From: Candidatus Marinacidobacterales bacterium
GTDB lineage: Bacteria; Acidobacteriota; Vicinamibacteria; Marinacidobacterales; DATDRI01
DNA: 64,000 nt
NCBI GenBank assembly: GCA_965226495.1
Contig: OZ245365.1
Location: 512,001-576,000, forward strand
Direction of reading: 5' to 3'
Position 1 is the first letter of the stretch. The number at the start of each line of letters is the position of its first letter. This document shows positions 8,903-18,631 of this stretch, piece after piece. The position numbers were made by a program, and so were the translations under genes. The notes beneath the pieces are model-generated. The model was not told where the DNA came from. It worked only from the letters and a program-made list of their open reading frames with translations, and searched no databases.

Positions 8903-10180
8903 TCAAGACGTTAGCTCCATCTTCGTCTCGCGAGCCACGCGCTCGACTTCTCGCCAAACACGTAGCAGGTTGCCGCCCCAGAGTTTTTCGATGTCTTCCT
9001 CGGTGTAGCCGCGTCGCACCAGTTCAATGGTAACGTTCAAGGTTTCACTGGCATTGTTCCACCCGTTGATGCCGCCGCCTCCGTCGAAATCGGAGCTGAT
9101 GCCGACATGGTCGATGCCGATGAGCGCGACGGCGTGATCGATGTGGTCGACGAAATCAGAGACGGTGGCCTTGGGCCACTTCTCGTCGAGCTCCACCATC
9201 TTCCTCCGGATCTCTTCCCTCTGTGCGTCGGTGCGGTCACTGCTCGCGCCGGCGTTCCCCATTTCCTCGAACAGCGCCCGCCGCGCAGCGGCTTTTTCGG
9301 GCTGCTTCTTGACGAAACTATCGAGCGCCACCATTTGGATCACGCCGCCGTTCTCCTTGAGTGCAAGCAACTGTTCGTCGTCCATATTACGAGCCACGTC
9401 GGACAACGCTTTCGTGCTCGAGTGCGAGCCGATGACCGGCGCACGGCTAAGCTGGGCCGCTTCGAGCATTGCTTTTTTCGAGATGTGCGAGACGTCGACC
9501 ATGATACCGATCCGATTCATTTCCGCGATGACTTGTTCGCCGAACTCGCTGATGCCGCCATGCTCCTCTTCTGCGTCGCCGAGCCGTTCCCGAGGCGTCG
9601 AGGAGTCGGCGATGTCGTTATGCCCGCCGTGCGCGAGGGTGATGTAGCGTGCTCCGAGCGCATGGTACTTTTCGAGCAAGCTCAAGTCCTTACCGATGAC
9701 GTAGCCGTTCTCGATACCGATACAGGCAACGAGCTTGCCGTCGGCGTGGATTTGCTCGACTTCGTCCGCGGTATAGGCAAGCTCGATCTCGTCCGGATAC
9801 ATCTCTTCCGTCATGCGGTGGATAGCGTCGAATTTCACCATCGCATCGGCCTTCGCTTTTTCGTAGTTCTCGGCAGTCCTCTCCGTCTGGCCGACGTAGA
9901 CGATGAAAAAGCCCGCGTCGAGCCCGCCTTCCTTCATTTTCGGGATGTCCACCTGTCGTTCCCCACGGACTCCGGGGTCGACTTCGGCGGTCGCGAAGTT
10001 CTCGGGAATATCGTCGTGGGTATCGATGGTGAGGACGCGCTCGTGAATCGCCTTGGCCTTGGCGACGATTTCCTCCTCGGTGAGTTCTTGGACGTCACCC
10101 GTGGTGGTGGATTCTTGGGAACCGCTTTCACACGCGACAACCGCGAGGATGAAGCTTAGAAGAAAGGCTTTATGCAGCAT
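8903..10180 (-). CDS. Membrane dipeptidase (peptidase M19), lipoprotein
   Basis: IDTHDD, GIENG, YITLAH, MVDVSH, SHSS, HVGISSDFDGGGG, KLWGGN; lipobox VVAC; AAGGGAG RBS. Confidence 0.92.
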   Translation of the reverse strand: MLHKAFLLSFILAVVACESGSQESTTTGDVQELTEEEIVAKAKAIHERVLTIDTHDDIPENFATAEVDPGVRGERQVDIPKMKEGGLDAGFFIVYVGQTERTAENYEKAKADAMVKFDAIHRMTEEMYPDEIELAYTADEVEQIHADGKLVACIGIENGYVIGKDLSLLEKYHALGARYITLAHGGHNDIADSSTPRERLGDAEEEHGGISEFGEQVIAEMNRIGIMVDVSHISKKAMLEAAQLSRAPVIGSHSSTKALSDVARNMDDEQLLALKENGGVIQMVALDSFVKKQPEKAAARRALFEEMGNAGASSDRTDAQREEIRRKMVELDEKWPKATVSDFVDHIDHAVALIGIDHVGISSDFDGGGGINGWNNASETLNVTIELVRRGYTEEDIEKLWGGNLLRVWREVERVARETKMELTS

Positions 10181-10199
10181 GAGTGTCTCCCTTTTATCG

Positions 10200-10240
10200 G
10201 AGGCCTGGGGCCCCACCCCCAGGCCTCGCGCTTCGTCGGC
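10200..10240. repeat. REP-like hairpin element, copy 1
   Basis: GAGGCCTGGGG-CCCCAC-CCCCAGGCCTC followed by ..TTCGTCGGCG; related copy at 18538. Confidence 0.65.
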
Positions 10241-10375
10241 GGGCGACTGCGCGCGGGCTGAAGGCTCCGACCGAAGGCGCGCCGATTCTAAAGCCGGAAT
10301 CACGCCACTGCAAGTCGGGCGACTTGAGAAAGAGAGCCAAAACCTCTAAGTTATAGTGCTTCAAAGGGAGTACGC

Positions 10376-11647
10376 ATGCCGAATCAAGTTGACAGCAAGC
10401 TCGTCGCAAAGGCAGTGGACAAGATCGATCGGTCCCGACTGGTCGACCTGGTGGTTGAGCTCACCAACGTCCCGAGCCCGACCGGTCACGAGGCCGAGGT
10501 GGCCCACACGTTTCACGAGGTTCTGGGAGGGGCGGGGTTTCGCCCGACTCTCCAGCCCATCGGGGACGGTCGTTACAACGCCATCGGGATTCTAGAAGGA
10601 GCCGGCGGTGGCAAGTCTTTGCTGTTCAACGGCCATCTCGACACGTCTTTCGGTGCGGAGTTGGCCGACCGCGGCATCGGTTACCGGACCGAGGCCACCA
10701 TCGTCGATGACGAGTGGATTTACGGCATGGGCTCGTTCAACATGAAGAGCGCTCTAGCTGCTTATACTGTTGCATCCCAGGCGATCCAGGCGGCGGGCAT
10801 TCGTCTCGCTGGAGACATCGTGATCGCGGGCGTGGCCGGTGAGATCGAGAAAGCCCCCACTGGCGAGTACGACGACCCCAAGTACCAGGGTTACGGTGTG
10901 GGCACGAAGTTCGCCATTACCCATGGCGCGGCGGCCGATTATTGCATCCTGGGAGAGCCCACGAACATGAAGGTCATCCCGCGTCATTGCGGGACGACCT
11001 GGCTCAAGATCAAGATTCCGGGCGTTTTGATCCATACCGCCTGGAGCGAGCTCGAGCAGAACGCCATCCTCCATGCCGGACTCGTGCTGAGCGCCCTCAA
11101 CGAATGGATCGACCAATATCGCGCGAAACATGCGATCGGCGAATTTCGACCCAAGGTCAATATCGCGGCGATTGAAGGAGGCTGGCCCTGGCGGGGAGCG
11201 CGGTCACCGGACTCTTGTTCGATCTACATGGACGTGCGTACGGTGCCTGGTGTTTGGCCAGTGGAGGTTTATCGCGAGGTCAGAGAGGTTATTCGAGCGT
11301 TGGTGAAGAAGCACTCGAAGCTCGAGGGTACGATTGTCGACCTTTACGTATCGGCTCCCGGAACTTCCATCCCTGATGACCACGAACTGATCCAAACGGT
11401 GGTTCAGGCGCATACCGATCAGCTCGGCAAGGCGCCGGAGCTCGGAATCGAGAACTGGTATAGCGATGCCGCGCACATGAACCGCTACGGGATCCCGACC
11501 GTGAACTACGGCTCCGCAGGACGGATCCGGACCGGCGGCGGGGGCTTCTCGACTCATCAAGGGGAGCACGTCCATATCGGCGATCTCTACGACATCGTCA
11601 AGGTTTACATCCAAGCCGCGATGTCTCTCTGCGGCGTCGCAAGCTAA
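10376..11647 (+). CDS. M20 family (ArgE/DapE-like) metallo-hydrolase
   Basis: VPSPTGHE, LLFNGHLDT, IYGMGSFNMKSA, ILGEPT, YSDA, GIPTVNYG. Confidence 0.88.
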   Translation: MPNQVDSKLVAKAVDKIDRSRLVDLVVELTNVPSPTGHEAEVAHTFHEVLGGAGFRPTLQPIGDGRYNAIGILEGAGGGKSLLFNGHLDTSFGAELADRGIGYRTEATIVDDEWIYGMGSFNMKSALAAYTVASQAIQAAGIRLAGDIVIAGVAGEIEKAPTGEYDDPKYQGYGVGTKFAITHGAAADYCILGEPTNMKVIPRHCGTTWLKIKIPGVLIHTAWSELEQNAILHAGLVLSALNEWIDQYRAKHAIGEFRPKVNIAAIEGGWPWRGARSPDSCSIYMDVRTVPGVWPVEVYREVREVIRALVKKHSKLEGTIVDLYVSAPGTSIPDDHELIQTVVQAHTDQLGKAPELGIENWYSDAAHMNRYGIPTVNYGSAGRIRTGGGGFSTHQGEHVHIGDLYDIVKVYIQAAMSLCGVAS

Positions 11648-11675
11648 ACTCAAGTCCCAGCTTGGGAGGTGTTCT

Positions 11676-13608
11676 ATGACCCGCCAGTCTTGGCTTTATG
11701 GGCTTTCCATGCTGTTCGCTTGCATGCTGGCGTCCTGCGCGCCTGCAGTCGAGGAACGAGTGGTTCCGATCTACGACGCAGCGACTTTTCACGAGACGAC
11801 CACCATTTCGGGTGCCTCGTTTTCTGCCGACGAATCGCAGCTCCTCATGAGCTCCGACGAGTCGGGCATCTTCAACGTGTATGCACAGCCGTTTGCGGGA
11901 GGTGATCCGAAACAGCTGACTCACTCCACCACGGATGCGCATTTCGCAGTCAGTTGGTTCCCCGAAGACGACCGGTTTCTCTTCAGAGCTGACAAAGGTG
12001 GGGACGAACTGGACCACCTGTTCGTGCAGGATGCCGACGGCAACGTAACCGATCTGACTCCCGGCGAGAACCTGAAGGCCTCGTTCGCTGGCTGGAGCAA
12101 GGACCAACAGTCCTTCTAGGTACAGACCAACGAGCGGGATCCAAAGTTCTTCGATGTCTATCGCTACTCGGCGAGCGACTACGAGCGGAGTCTCGTCTTC
12201 CAGAACGAGGACGGTTGGCAGGTTGGCGCGGTGAGCGACGATGGGCGATGGCTCGCGCTCAACCAGGTGATCGACAACGCCGACAGCAATCTCTTCGTGG
12301 CCGATCTCGAGTCGCCGGATGCATCTCCCAATCTGATCACCGAGCACGAGGGGGCCGATTGTTCATCAGCCGATGGGATTCGGTCCCGAGAACCGAAGCC
12401 TCTACTACCTCACCGACGGCTATGGCGAGTTCATGCAGGCGTGGTCCTACGAGCTCGAAAACGGCGAGCATCAGCCGGTGGTCGAGGCGGACTGGGACGT
12501 CATGTATGTCTACTTCTCCGAGGAAGGGCGCTATCGCGTCACCGCGCTCAACGAAGACGCACAAACGGTCTTATCGATCCTGGACACCGAGACCGGAGAG
12601 GATCTCGCTCTGCCCGAGTTGCCGGACGGGGATGTCACCGGGGTTCGGATCTCGCGTAGCGAAGAACGTATGACGTTTTACGTGAATAGCGATACATCTC
12701 CTTCGAATCTCTACGCGTTCGACATCGCGGCCCACGAGCATCGGAGCCTGACCAACACGTTGAATCCCGCCATCGATCGGACGAATTTGGTCGAAGGGGA
12801 CGTCGTTCGGTACGAGAGCTACGACGGGCTGAAGATTCCATCGGTGCTCTATCGTCCGCATCAAGCCTCTCCCGCAGCACCCGTTCCGGCCATGGTCTGG
12901 GTCCACGGCGGGCCGGGTGGGCAGAGTCGGAAGGGCTACCGCGCGACGATTCAGCATCTTGCGAATCACGGCTATGCGGTCCTCGCCGTCAACAACCGTG
13001 GCTCGTCCGGCTACGGGAAAACGTTCTACCACTTGGACGATAAGAAACATGGCGAGGTGGATCTACAGGACGTTGTCTGGTCGCGGAAGTATCTCGAGTC
13101 ACTCGACTGGGTGGACGGCACCCGCGTCGGCATCATCGGCGGCAGCTACGGTGGCTATATGGTCGCCGCCGCCCTTGCCTTCGAGCCCGAGGTCTTCGAC
13201 GTTGGGGTGGACATCTTCGGAGTGACCAACTGGGTCCGGACGATCAAGAGCATTCCGCCCTGGTGGACGGCCCAGAAGGACCGGCTCTACGCGGAGCTTG
13301 GGAATCCGTATGAGGAGGAAGAGCGACTCCGCGGGATTTCTCCTTTGTTTCATGCCGGCAACATTACGAAGCCGCTCCTCGTCGTTCAAGGGGCGAACGA
13401 CCCTCGGGTCCTCCAGGTGGAGAGCGATGAGCTCGTCGCCGCGGTCGAGGCGAACGGCATCCCGGTGGAGTACATCATTTTTCCGGACGAAGGGCATGGT
13501 TTCGACAACAAGGCCAACCGCGTCACTGCCTCCGACCGTTACGTGGCTTTCTTGGACAAATACTTGAAGGGCGAGGGCGCCGAGTCTTCCGCGCCTGCCA
13601 CAGAGTAA
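11676..13608 (+). pseudogene. S9 family (prolyl oligopeptidase-like) lipoprotein, interrupted
   Basis: VHGGPGGQ, GGSYGG, QGANDPRV, DEGHGF. In-frame TAG at 12117-12119 and a frameshift near 12360. Confidence 0.88.
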
Positions 13609-13643
13609 CTCGCCAGGCTGCCTGGAGTTTGACACTTGAGGGC

Positions 13644-13661
13644 GTCTTGACATGTCAAGAC
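13644..13661. promoter_or_regulatory. Perfect 18-bp palindrome, probable TA autoregulatory operator
   Basis: GTCTTGACA|TGTCAAGAC over the antitoxin start; TTGACA at 13629-13634. Confidence 0.65.
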
Positions 13662-13876
13662 CATGGCGCCCACTCAAAATTAGCTCCAAAGTAGACGAAT
13701 CGGTCTGGAACGACCTGAAACAGGTAGCCTCGGATTCTCACCAGAGCATCTCAGGCCTACTCACCGAGGCGATCCGGGAGTACCTTCGGCGCCGAAGGGT
13801 CCGGCCGGACGTCCTCCGGGACCTCGACGCTTCCATAGCGGAGAACGAGAAGCTGGGCCGCCTCCTTGCCGACTAA
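13652..13876 (+). CDS. RHH-type antitoxin
   Basis: KISSKVDESVWNDLK...SISGLLTEAIREYL; overlaps the Doc gene start. Start codon uncertain. Confidence 0.75.
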   Translation: MSRPWRPLKISSKVDESVWNDLKQVASDSHQSISGLLTEAIREYLRRRRVRPDVLRDLDASIAENEKLGRLLAD

Positions 13877-14253
13877 GTCGGTTGTTTTCCTAACCGTCGA
13901 TGAAGCTCTGGCGATTCACGACCGGCTCATTCAAGAGTTCGGCGGACCGGTTGGAGTCCGCGATTTAGGCCTTCTCGAAAGCGCCCTGTTCCGGCCGCAG
14001 ACCGGCTACTACGATGACATCGCCGAGATGGCCACGGCTCTTTTCGAATCTTTGCTAATGAATCATCCCTTCGACGGGAACAAGCGGGTGGCCTTCTTTG
14101 CGACGGACGTATTTCTCACTGAACGGCTGGAAACTCGAAGTAGATCCTGACGAAGCCCACCGTCGTCTCATCGGTCTCCTCGAGCAGGGTCGGTGTGACT
14201 TCGAGCATTTGCTGCCATGGCTCCGAGAGTCGTTGGTGCGGCGACGAGGTTGA
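13866..14253 (+). pseudogene. doc: Doc/Fic family toxin, frameshifted
   Basis: IHDRLI..FGG..GVRDLGLLESAL; HPFDGNKR is one residue short of HPFxDGNKR; frameshift near 14118 continues as LNGWKL...RRRG*. Confidence 0.85.
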
Positions 14254-14319
14254 ATCGGACCGCGTGGATTCGCTAGTATTGCCCCCGGTCATGAATGGTC
14301 AGGTGACGGGGGGGGATCG

Positions 14320-15129
14320 ATGGCACAGCAAGCGCTCCATGAGCTCTTAAGAAACGCGAAGGTCTACGACCTCGGTCAGCCCTATTGGCCCGGAATGCCG
14401 GTCCATCCCTTCGATCCGCCGTTCCAGTTCTACCTCTATCGGTACCATGAGTACGTCGCGAAGCTTTTCGAAGAGATCGAGCCGGGGTTCGCTGATGCTA
14501 TCAGCCTGATCATTACTTCCATGCACTCCGGAACGCACTTCGACGTACCGGTGCACATGTCGCAGGATCTGAAGGTCCTCGGCATTGATCCCACGCCCTA
14601 CCAGCGCGACACCGGTTTCGTCGATCTACCCGAGCCGCTCCACAGCATGGAAAAAGTTCCTCCGCTCATTCTCAAGGCGGTACTGCTGGACGTGCCCGCT
14701 TACAAAGAGGTGGACATTCTGCCCGAACGCTACGCCATCACTCCCGAGGATCTGGAGGGCGCGGCCAAAGCGGCGAACGTCCCGATCCAAGAGGGCGATT
14801 GCGTTTTGATCCGGACCGGGTATTCGCGGTTTTTCGAGACCGACGGGGAGAAGTACCTCTACAAGTGGGCGGGGCTGAACGACGCCGCGGCGCAATGGGT
14901 GGCGGACAAGAAGCCGCGCCTGGTAGGTACGGACAATCTTTCGATTGGAGTCCCCGCACCATTTGCCGCGCACCGAATCTTGATGGTCGAAAACGGCATC
15001 TATGTGATGAAGAGCCTGAAGCTCGAGGAGATGTCGAAAGACGCTCGTTTCGACTCGACGGTGATCGTGCTGCCCTTGAAGCTCAAGGGTGGCGAGGCGT
15101 CGCTGGTGCGACCGATAGCCCTGGCCTGA
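14320..15129 (+). CDS. Cyclase family (kynurenine formamidase-like) protein
   Basis: HSGTHFDVP, GDCVLIRTG, VGTDN, PLKLKGGEASLVRPIA. Confidence 0.9.
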   Translation: MAQQALHELLRNAKVYDLGQPYWPGMPVHPFDPPFQFYLYRYHEYVAKLFEEIEPGFADAISLIITSMHSGTHFDVPVHMSQDLKVLGIDPTPYQRDTGFVDLPEPLHSMEKVPPLILKAVLLDVPAYKEVDILPERYAITPEDLEGAAKAANVPIQEGDCVLIRTGYSRFFETDGEKYLYKWAGLNDAAAQWVADKKPRLVGTDNLSIGVPAPFAAHRILMVENGIYVMKSLKLEEMSKDARFDSTVIVLPLKLKGGEASLVRPIALA

Positions 15130-15160
15130 CAGCCTGACAGCCTGACAGGTTGACAGCCTG
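15125..15160 (+). repeat. Short tandem repeat of 8-bp unit CCTGACAG
   Basis: Three exact copies plus GTTGACAG and a partial copy, spanning the cyclase stop codon. Confidence 0.7.
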
Positions 15161-15288
15161 CCCCGCGATCGGGCGTCGCACCGTCTTTATTATTATAATG
15201 GGTTGGGTTGGGGGCGGCGTTACGCTCCTCCCACGGCTAAATAGCTACCCTGTCAAATACTACTGGGACTTTCTGAGAGGCAGCCAAA

Positions 15289-16485
15289 ATGAACACCGGA
15301 GTATCGCCGGATCAAATCTGGATAAGTGATCTGAACAAGGACGAGGAGATTCAGTCGCCTTTCGACCGCACGACCCCCGTCCGCTTTTACGACACCACGT
15401 TGCGGGACGGCGAGCAGACGGTGGGTGTGGTCTTCACGCCGGATGAAAAGGTCGAGATCGCCCGAAAGCTCTCAGACCTCAAGGTCGGCCGTATCGAAGC
15501 GGGGTTCCCGAGGGTCTCCGAGGCGGACACGGAAGCGGTGAAGCGCATCGCGGAGGCTGGACTGGAATCGGAGATCTATGGATTTTCACGGGCGGTGATC
15601 CAAGATCTGGATGCCCTCATTGAGCTCGGGCTGAAGGGGACCGTCATCGAGATCTCCACCAGTGACATCAAGATGAAGGCGTATGGTTTCACGCGCGAAA
15701 AGGTTATCCAACGCGCGACAGACGCCATCAAGCACGCCCGTGCACACGACATGAAGGTTACCTTTTTTCCGGTAGACAGCACGCGGAGCGATCTTGCGTT
15801 CTTGCGCGACGTCTACGCGGCCGCGATCGACGCCGGAGCAGAAGAAGTCGCCATTGTTGACACCATCGGGGCTTGCTCCCCGGAAGCAGTGGAAACGCTA
15901 GTACGCGTAGTGCGGAGTTGGGTGGGGCCGGACATTCCGGTCCACTTTCATGGGCACGACGACTTCGGCCTGGCGACGGCATCCGCCATTGCCGCGGTGA
16001 GGGGTGGTGCTCGCTGGATACAAGGCACTATTAACGGAATGGGCGAGCGCGCCGGCAATGCCGACATCGTGGAAGTCGCCTTGGCACTCCAATGTCTTTA
16101 CAACGTTCCCGTCGAGCTGGACCTGAAGAAAGCTCGGGAAGTCTCGCAAGTCGTGCAGAAGGCCGGAGGTTATCGTGTCGATAGTTGGAAGCCGGCGGTC
16201 GGCGAGAATCTCTTTGTGCGTGAAAGCGGGGCGGTGGCCAGCCAGTTCCATATCCCCGAAGCCATCGAGCCATACTCGTCCGACATCGTGTCCGCAGATC
16301 GGAAGATCGTACTGGGCAAGAAGAGCGGCGTCGCCAGCGTCCAGCTGAAGGTGAAGGAGCTGGGACTCGATGTCCCCGAGGATAAAATCGCCCCGATTTT
16401 GGCCGAGGTCAAGAGCCAAGGAACCCAAAAGGGTCGACTGATTACGGACGACGAGTTTAGAAAGGTAGTCCAAGAGCTGTCATGA
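15289..16485 (+). CDS. Homocitrate/isopropylmalate synthase-like DRE-TIM enzyme (no regulatory domain)
   Basis: YDTTLRDGEQ, IEAGFP, DTIG, HGHDDFGLA, NGMGERAGNA, LGKKSG. Confidence 0.88.
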   Translation: MNTGVSPDQIWISDLNKDEEIQSPFDRTTPVRFYDTTLRDGEQTVGVVFTPDEKVEIARKLSDLKVGRIEAGFPRVSEADTEAVKRIAEAGLESEIYGFSRAVIQDLDALIELGLKGTVIEISTSDIKMKAYGFTREKVIQRATDAIKHARAHDMKVTFFPVDSTRSDLAFLRDVYAAAIDAGAEEVAIVDTIGACSPEAVETLVRVVRSWVGPDIPVHFHGHDDFGLATASAIAAVRGGARWIQGTINGMGERAGNADIVEVALALQCLYNVPVELDLKKAREVSQVVQKAGGYRVDSWKPAVGENLFVRESGAVASQFHIPEAIEPYSSDIVSADRKIVLGKKSGVASVQLKVKELGLDVPEDKIAPILAEVKSQGTQKGRLITDDEFRKVVQELS

Positions 16486-17549
16486 TGAGCGTGAAAGTAG
16501 GTATCATTTTCAAGTCGTACGAGCCGATGTCCGCCATCCAGGCGTATGCCCGGCAAACCGAGGAGTCGAACCTGAGTGGCGGATTTTGGATCGCGGAGGC
16601 CTACCACTGGTTTCGTAAGTACGGTCACGAGTCGCGCGGGTGTATGGCCACCTTGGCGGCAGCGGTTACCGCGACCAAGAAGATTCCCATCGGCCTCGGT
16701 ATCACCTCCCCATACGTCCGGCATCCGACCGCCCAGGCGTCCGAGGCGGTGGCTTTGGACGAGCTTTCGGGTGGACGGTTCACCATGGGTCTCGGTGCCG
16801 GTAAAGTCGGGATCGTTTATTTGGAGGTCGACCTCAAGAAGCAGTCGCCGGTCAAGGTTCATCGAGAGTCGATCGAGATCTTCCGTGGCATCGTGAAGGG
16901 CGAGAAGTTCACCTACAAAGGAGATCTCTATCAGGCCGATGTTCCGGCCATGGATCGGGCCGGCCGGGGGCTTCGGACGTACATCCCGGTTTACATCGGA
17001 GCGACCGGACCGTACTTGCAGCAGCTTGCTGGCAAGATCGCGGACGGCCTGCTCTTGCCCGGTTTGACCAATCCCGGATTCGTCAGCTACGCCAAAGACA
17101 ACCTCGCCAAGGGTTTCGAAAAAGCGGGCCGCAAAGCGGATCCGGACTATCCGGTGGGCGGCGTGATCCTGGCGGCTTGCTCGCGGGATGGCGCCAAGGC
17201 TCGTGATGCGGCGCGCAGCTACACCGGCACCTACATCATCAACAAGCTTCGGAATATCCAGAACGATGTCATTCTGAGCAGCTCTGGACTGCCGGATGAG
17301 ACCTGGAAACCGTTCCGAGCCGCCATCGAAGCCGGCACTGAGGACAACGTGACCTCGTTGGTGAGCGACGACGTGATGCGAAAGTTTACGGTGATCGCCG
17401 GGACACCCGACGACTGTCTGGAACTCTTGCAGCAACTCGTTGATGCGGGGCTCAATTTGCCGCTCATGGAAGTGGTGGGCGCTAGCCAAGAAGACAACTT
17501 GGAGACCATTCGTCTCTTAGGCGAAGAAGTGGTCCCCAAGCTCAAATAG
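16482..17549 (+). CDS. LLM class flavin-dependent oxidoreductase
   Basis: FWIAE, SPYVRHP, DELSGGRFTMGLG, PVYIGATGP, AGKIADG. Confidence 0.9.
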   Translation: MMSVKVGIIFKSYEPMSAIQAYARQTEESNLSGGFWIAEAYHWFRKYGHESRGCMATLAAAVTATKKIPIGLGITSPYVRHPTAQASEAVALDELSGGRFTMGLGAGKVGIVYLEVDLKKQSPVKVHRESIEIFRGIVKGEKFTYKGDLYQADVPAMDRAGRGLRTYIPVYIGATGPYLQQLAGKIADGLLLPGLTNPGFVSYAKDNLAKGFEKAGRKADPDYPVGGVILAACSRDGAKARDAARSYTGTYIINKLRNIQNDVILSSSGLPDETWKPFRAAIEAGTEDNVTSLVSDDVMRKFTVIAGTPDDCLELLQQLVDAGLNLPLMEVVGASQEDNLETIRLLGEEVVPKLK

Positions 17550-17564
17550 GGGAGTGGACGTCAG

Positions 17565-18524
17565 ATGAAGTTAGCGACATTCAAGAAGAAGGGCGACGAC
17601 AAGCCGACCACCGGTGCTTTTCTGGAAGATCTCTATATCGATCTGCCCGCGTTGACAGACGGTGAGATCCCCTCGGCAATGTTGGATTTTCTCTGGGCAG
17701 GAGACGCGGCGATGCGTAAGGCGCGTTCGGCACTCGAGGGGCTGGGGGGAGAGCTCAAGAAGGGGAGTCCGGATGCGCTCACGACCTCGAGCGGCAAGCG
17801 GTACGCGTACCGTCCCGACGAGATCGAGCTCATGGCTCCGGTTCCGCGCCCCGGCAAGATCATCCACACCGCGTGTAATTTCCCCGCGCACCTCAAAGAG
17901 CTGACGACCTGGAGTGAGCCGGAATGGAAGTCTCACGATTGGAAGACCTTTAGCTTCGAGCACCCCACGGGTTTCCTGCAGGCTCCCTCCTCGGTCTCGG
18001 CCTCGGGAGCCAAAGTGCCGGTGCCACATTTCACGAAGCAGCTCGACTATGAAGTCGAAGTGGCTACCATCATCGGTAAGGAAGCGTTCCGGGTGAGTGT
18101 CGAAGACGCCCTCGACTACGTTGCCGGCTTCGCGGTTTTCAACGATCTGTCGGCGCGCGATATCCAGGCGCGCGAGCACTCTAACCGCGTGATTTATCTT
18201 GGCAAGAGCTTCAACGGATCGTGCCCGCTGGGTCCGCACCTCGTGACCAAGGACGAGATTTCTGATCCCGTGAACCTCAGCATGAAGTTATTCGTGAACG
18301 GCGAAGTGCGTCAGGATTCGAACACTTCGCAGATGCAGTACAAGTTTGCGGAGATGGTCTCCTGGTGGTCGAACACGACTCTCGAGCCTGGAGACGTGAT
18401 CACGAGCGGGAGCCCTCCGGGAGTTGCGGCCGGAATGGAGAGCCCACGTTGGCTGCAGCCTGGGGACGTCGTCGAGGGTGTGGTCGAGGGACTCGGCACG
18501 CTGACGAGCCATATCGTCAAGTAG
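17565..18524 (+). CDS. Fumarylacetoacetate hydrolase family protein
   Basis: QLDYEVE, NDLSARDIQ, GKSF, PLGP, LEPGDVITSGSPPGV. Confidence 0.92.
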   Translation: MKLATFKKKGDDKPTTGAFLEDLYIDLPALTDGEIPSAMLDFLWAGDAAMRKARSALEGLGGELKKGSPDALTTSSGKRYAYRPDEIELMAPVPRPGKIIHTACNFPAHLKELTTWSEPEWKSHDWKTFSFEHPTGFLQAPSSVSASGAKVPVPHFTKQLDYEVEVATIIGKEAFRVSVEDALDYVAGFAVFNDLSARDIQAREHSNRVIYLGKSFNGSCPLGPHLVTKDEISDPVNLSMKLFVNGEVRQDSNTSQMQYKFAEMVSWWSNTTLEPGDVITSGSPPGVAAGMESPRWLQPGDVVEGVVEGLGTLTSHIVK

Positions 18525-18537
18525 GAAATTGGTGTTA

Positions 18538-18577
18538 AGCCGTGGGGCCCCACCCCCACGGCTCGGTTTCGTCGGCG
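18538..18577. repeat. REP-like hairpin element, copy 2
   Basis: AGCCGTGGGG-CCCCAC-CCCCACGGCT followed by ..TTCGTCGGCG; lies between convergent genes. Confidence 0.65.
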
Positions 18578-18631
18578 CTACGCGCCGGGCTCCCTCCGGT
18601 CGCGCAGGCCGATCCGTTTTTCATCAGCCTG

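Noticed and set aside
12117-12119. In-frame TAG in the S9 peptidase as pyrrolysine or readthrough
   Set aside because: Best explained as a nonsense mutation (probably TGG to TAG); the gene also has a frameshift and no pyl genes are in the window.
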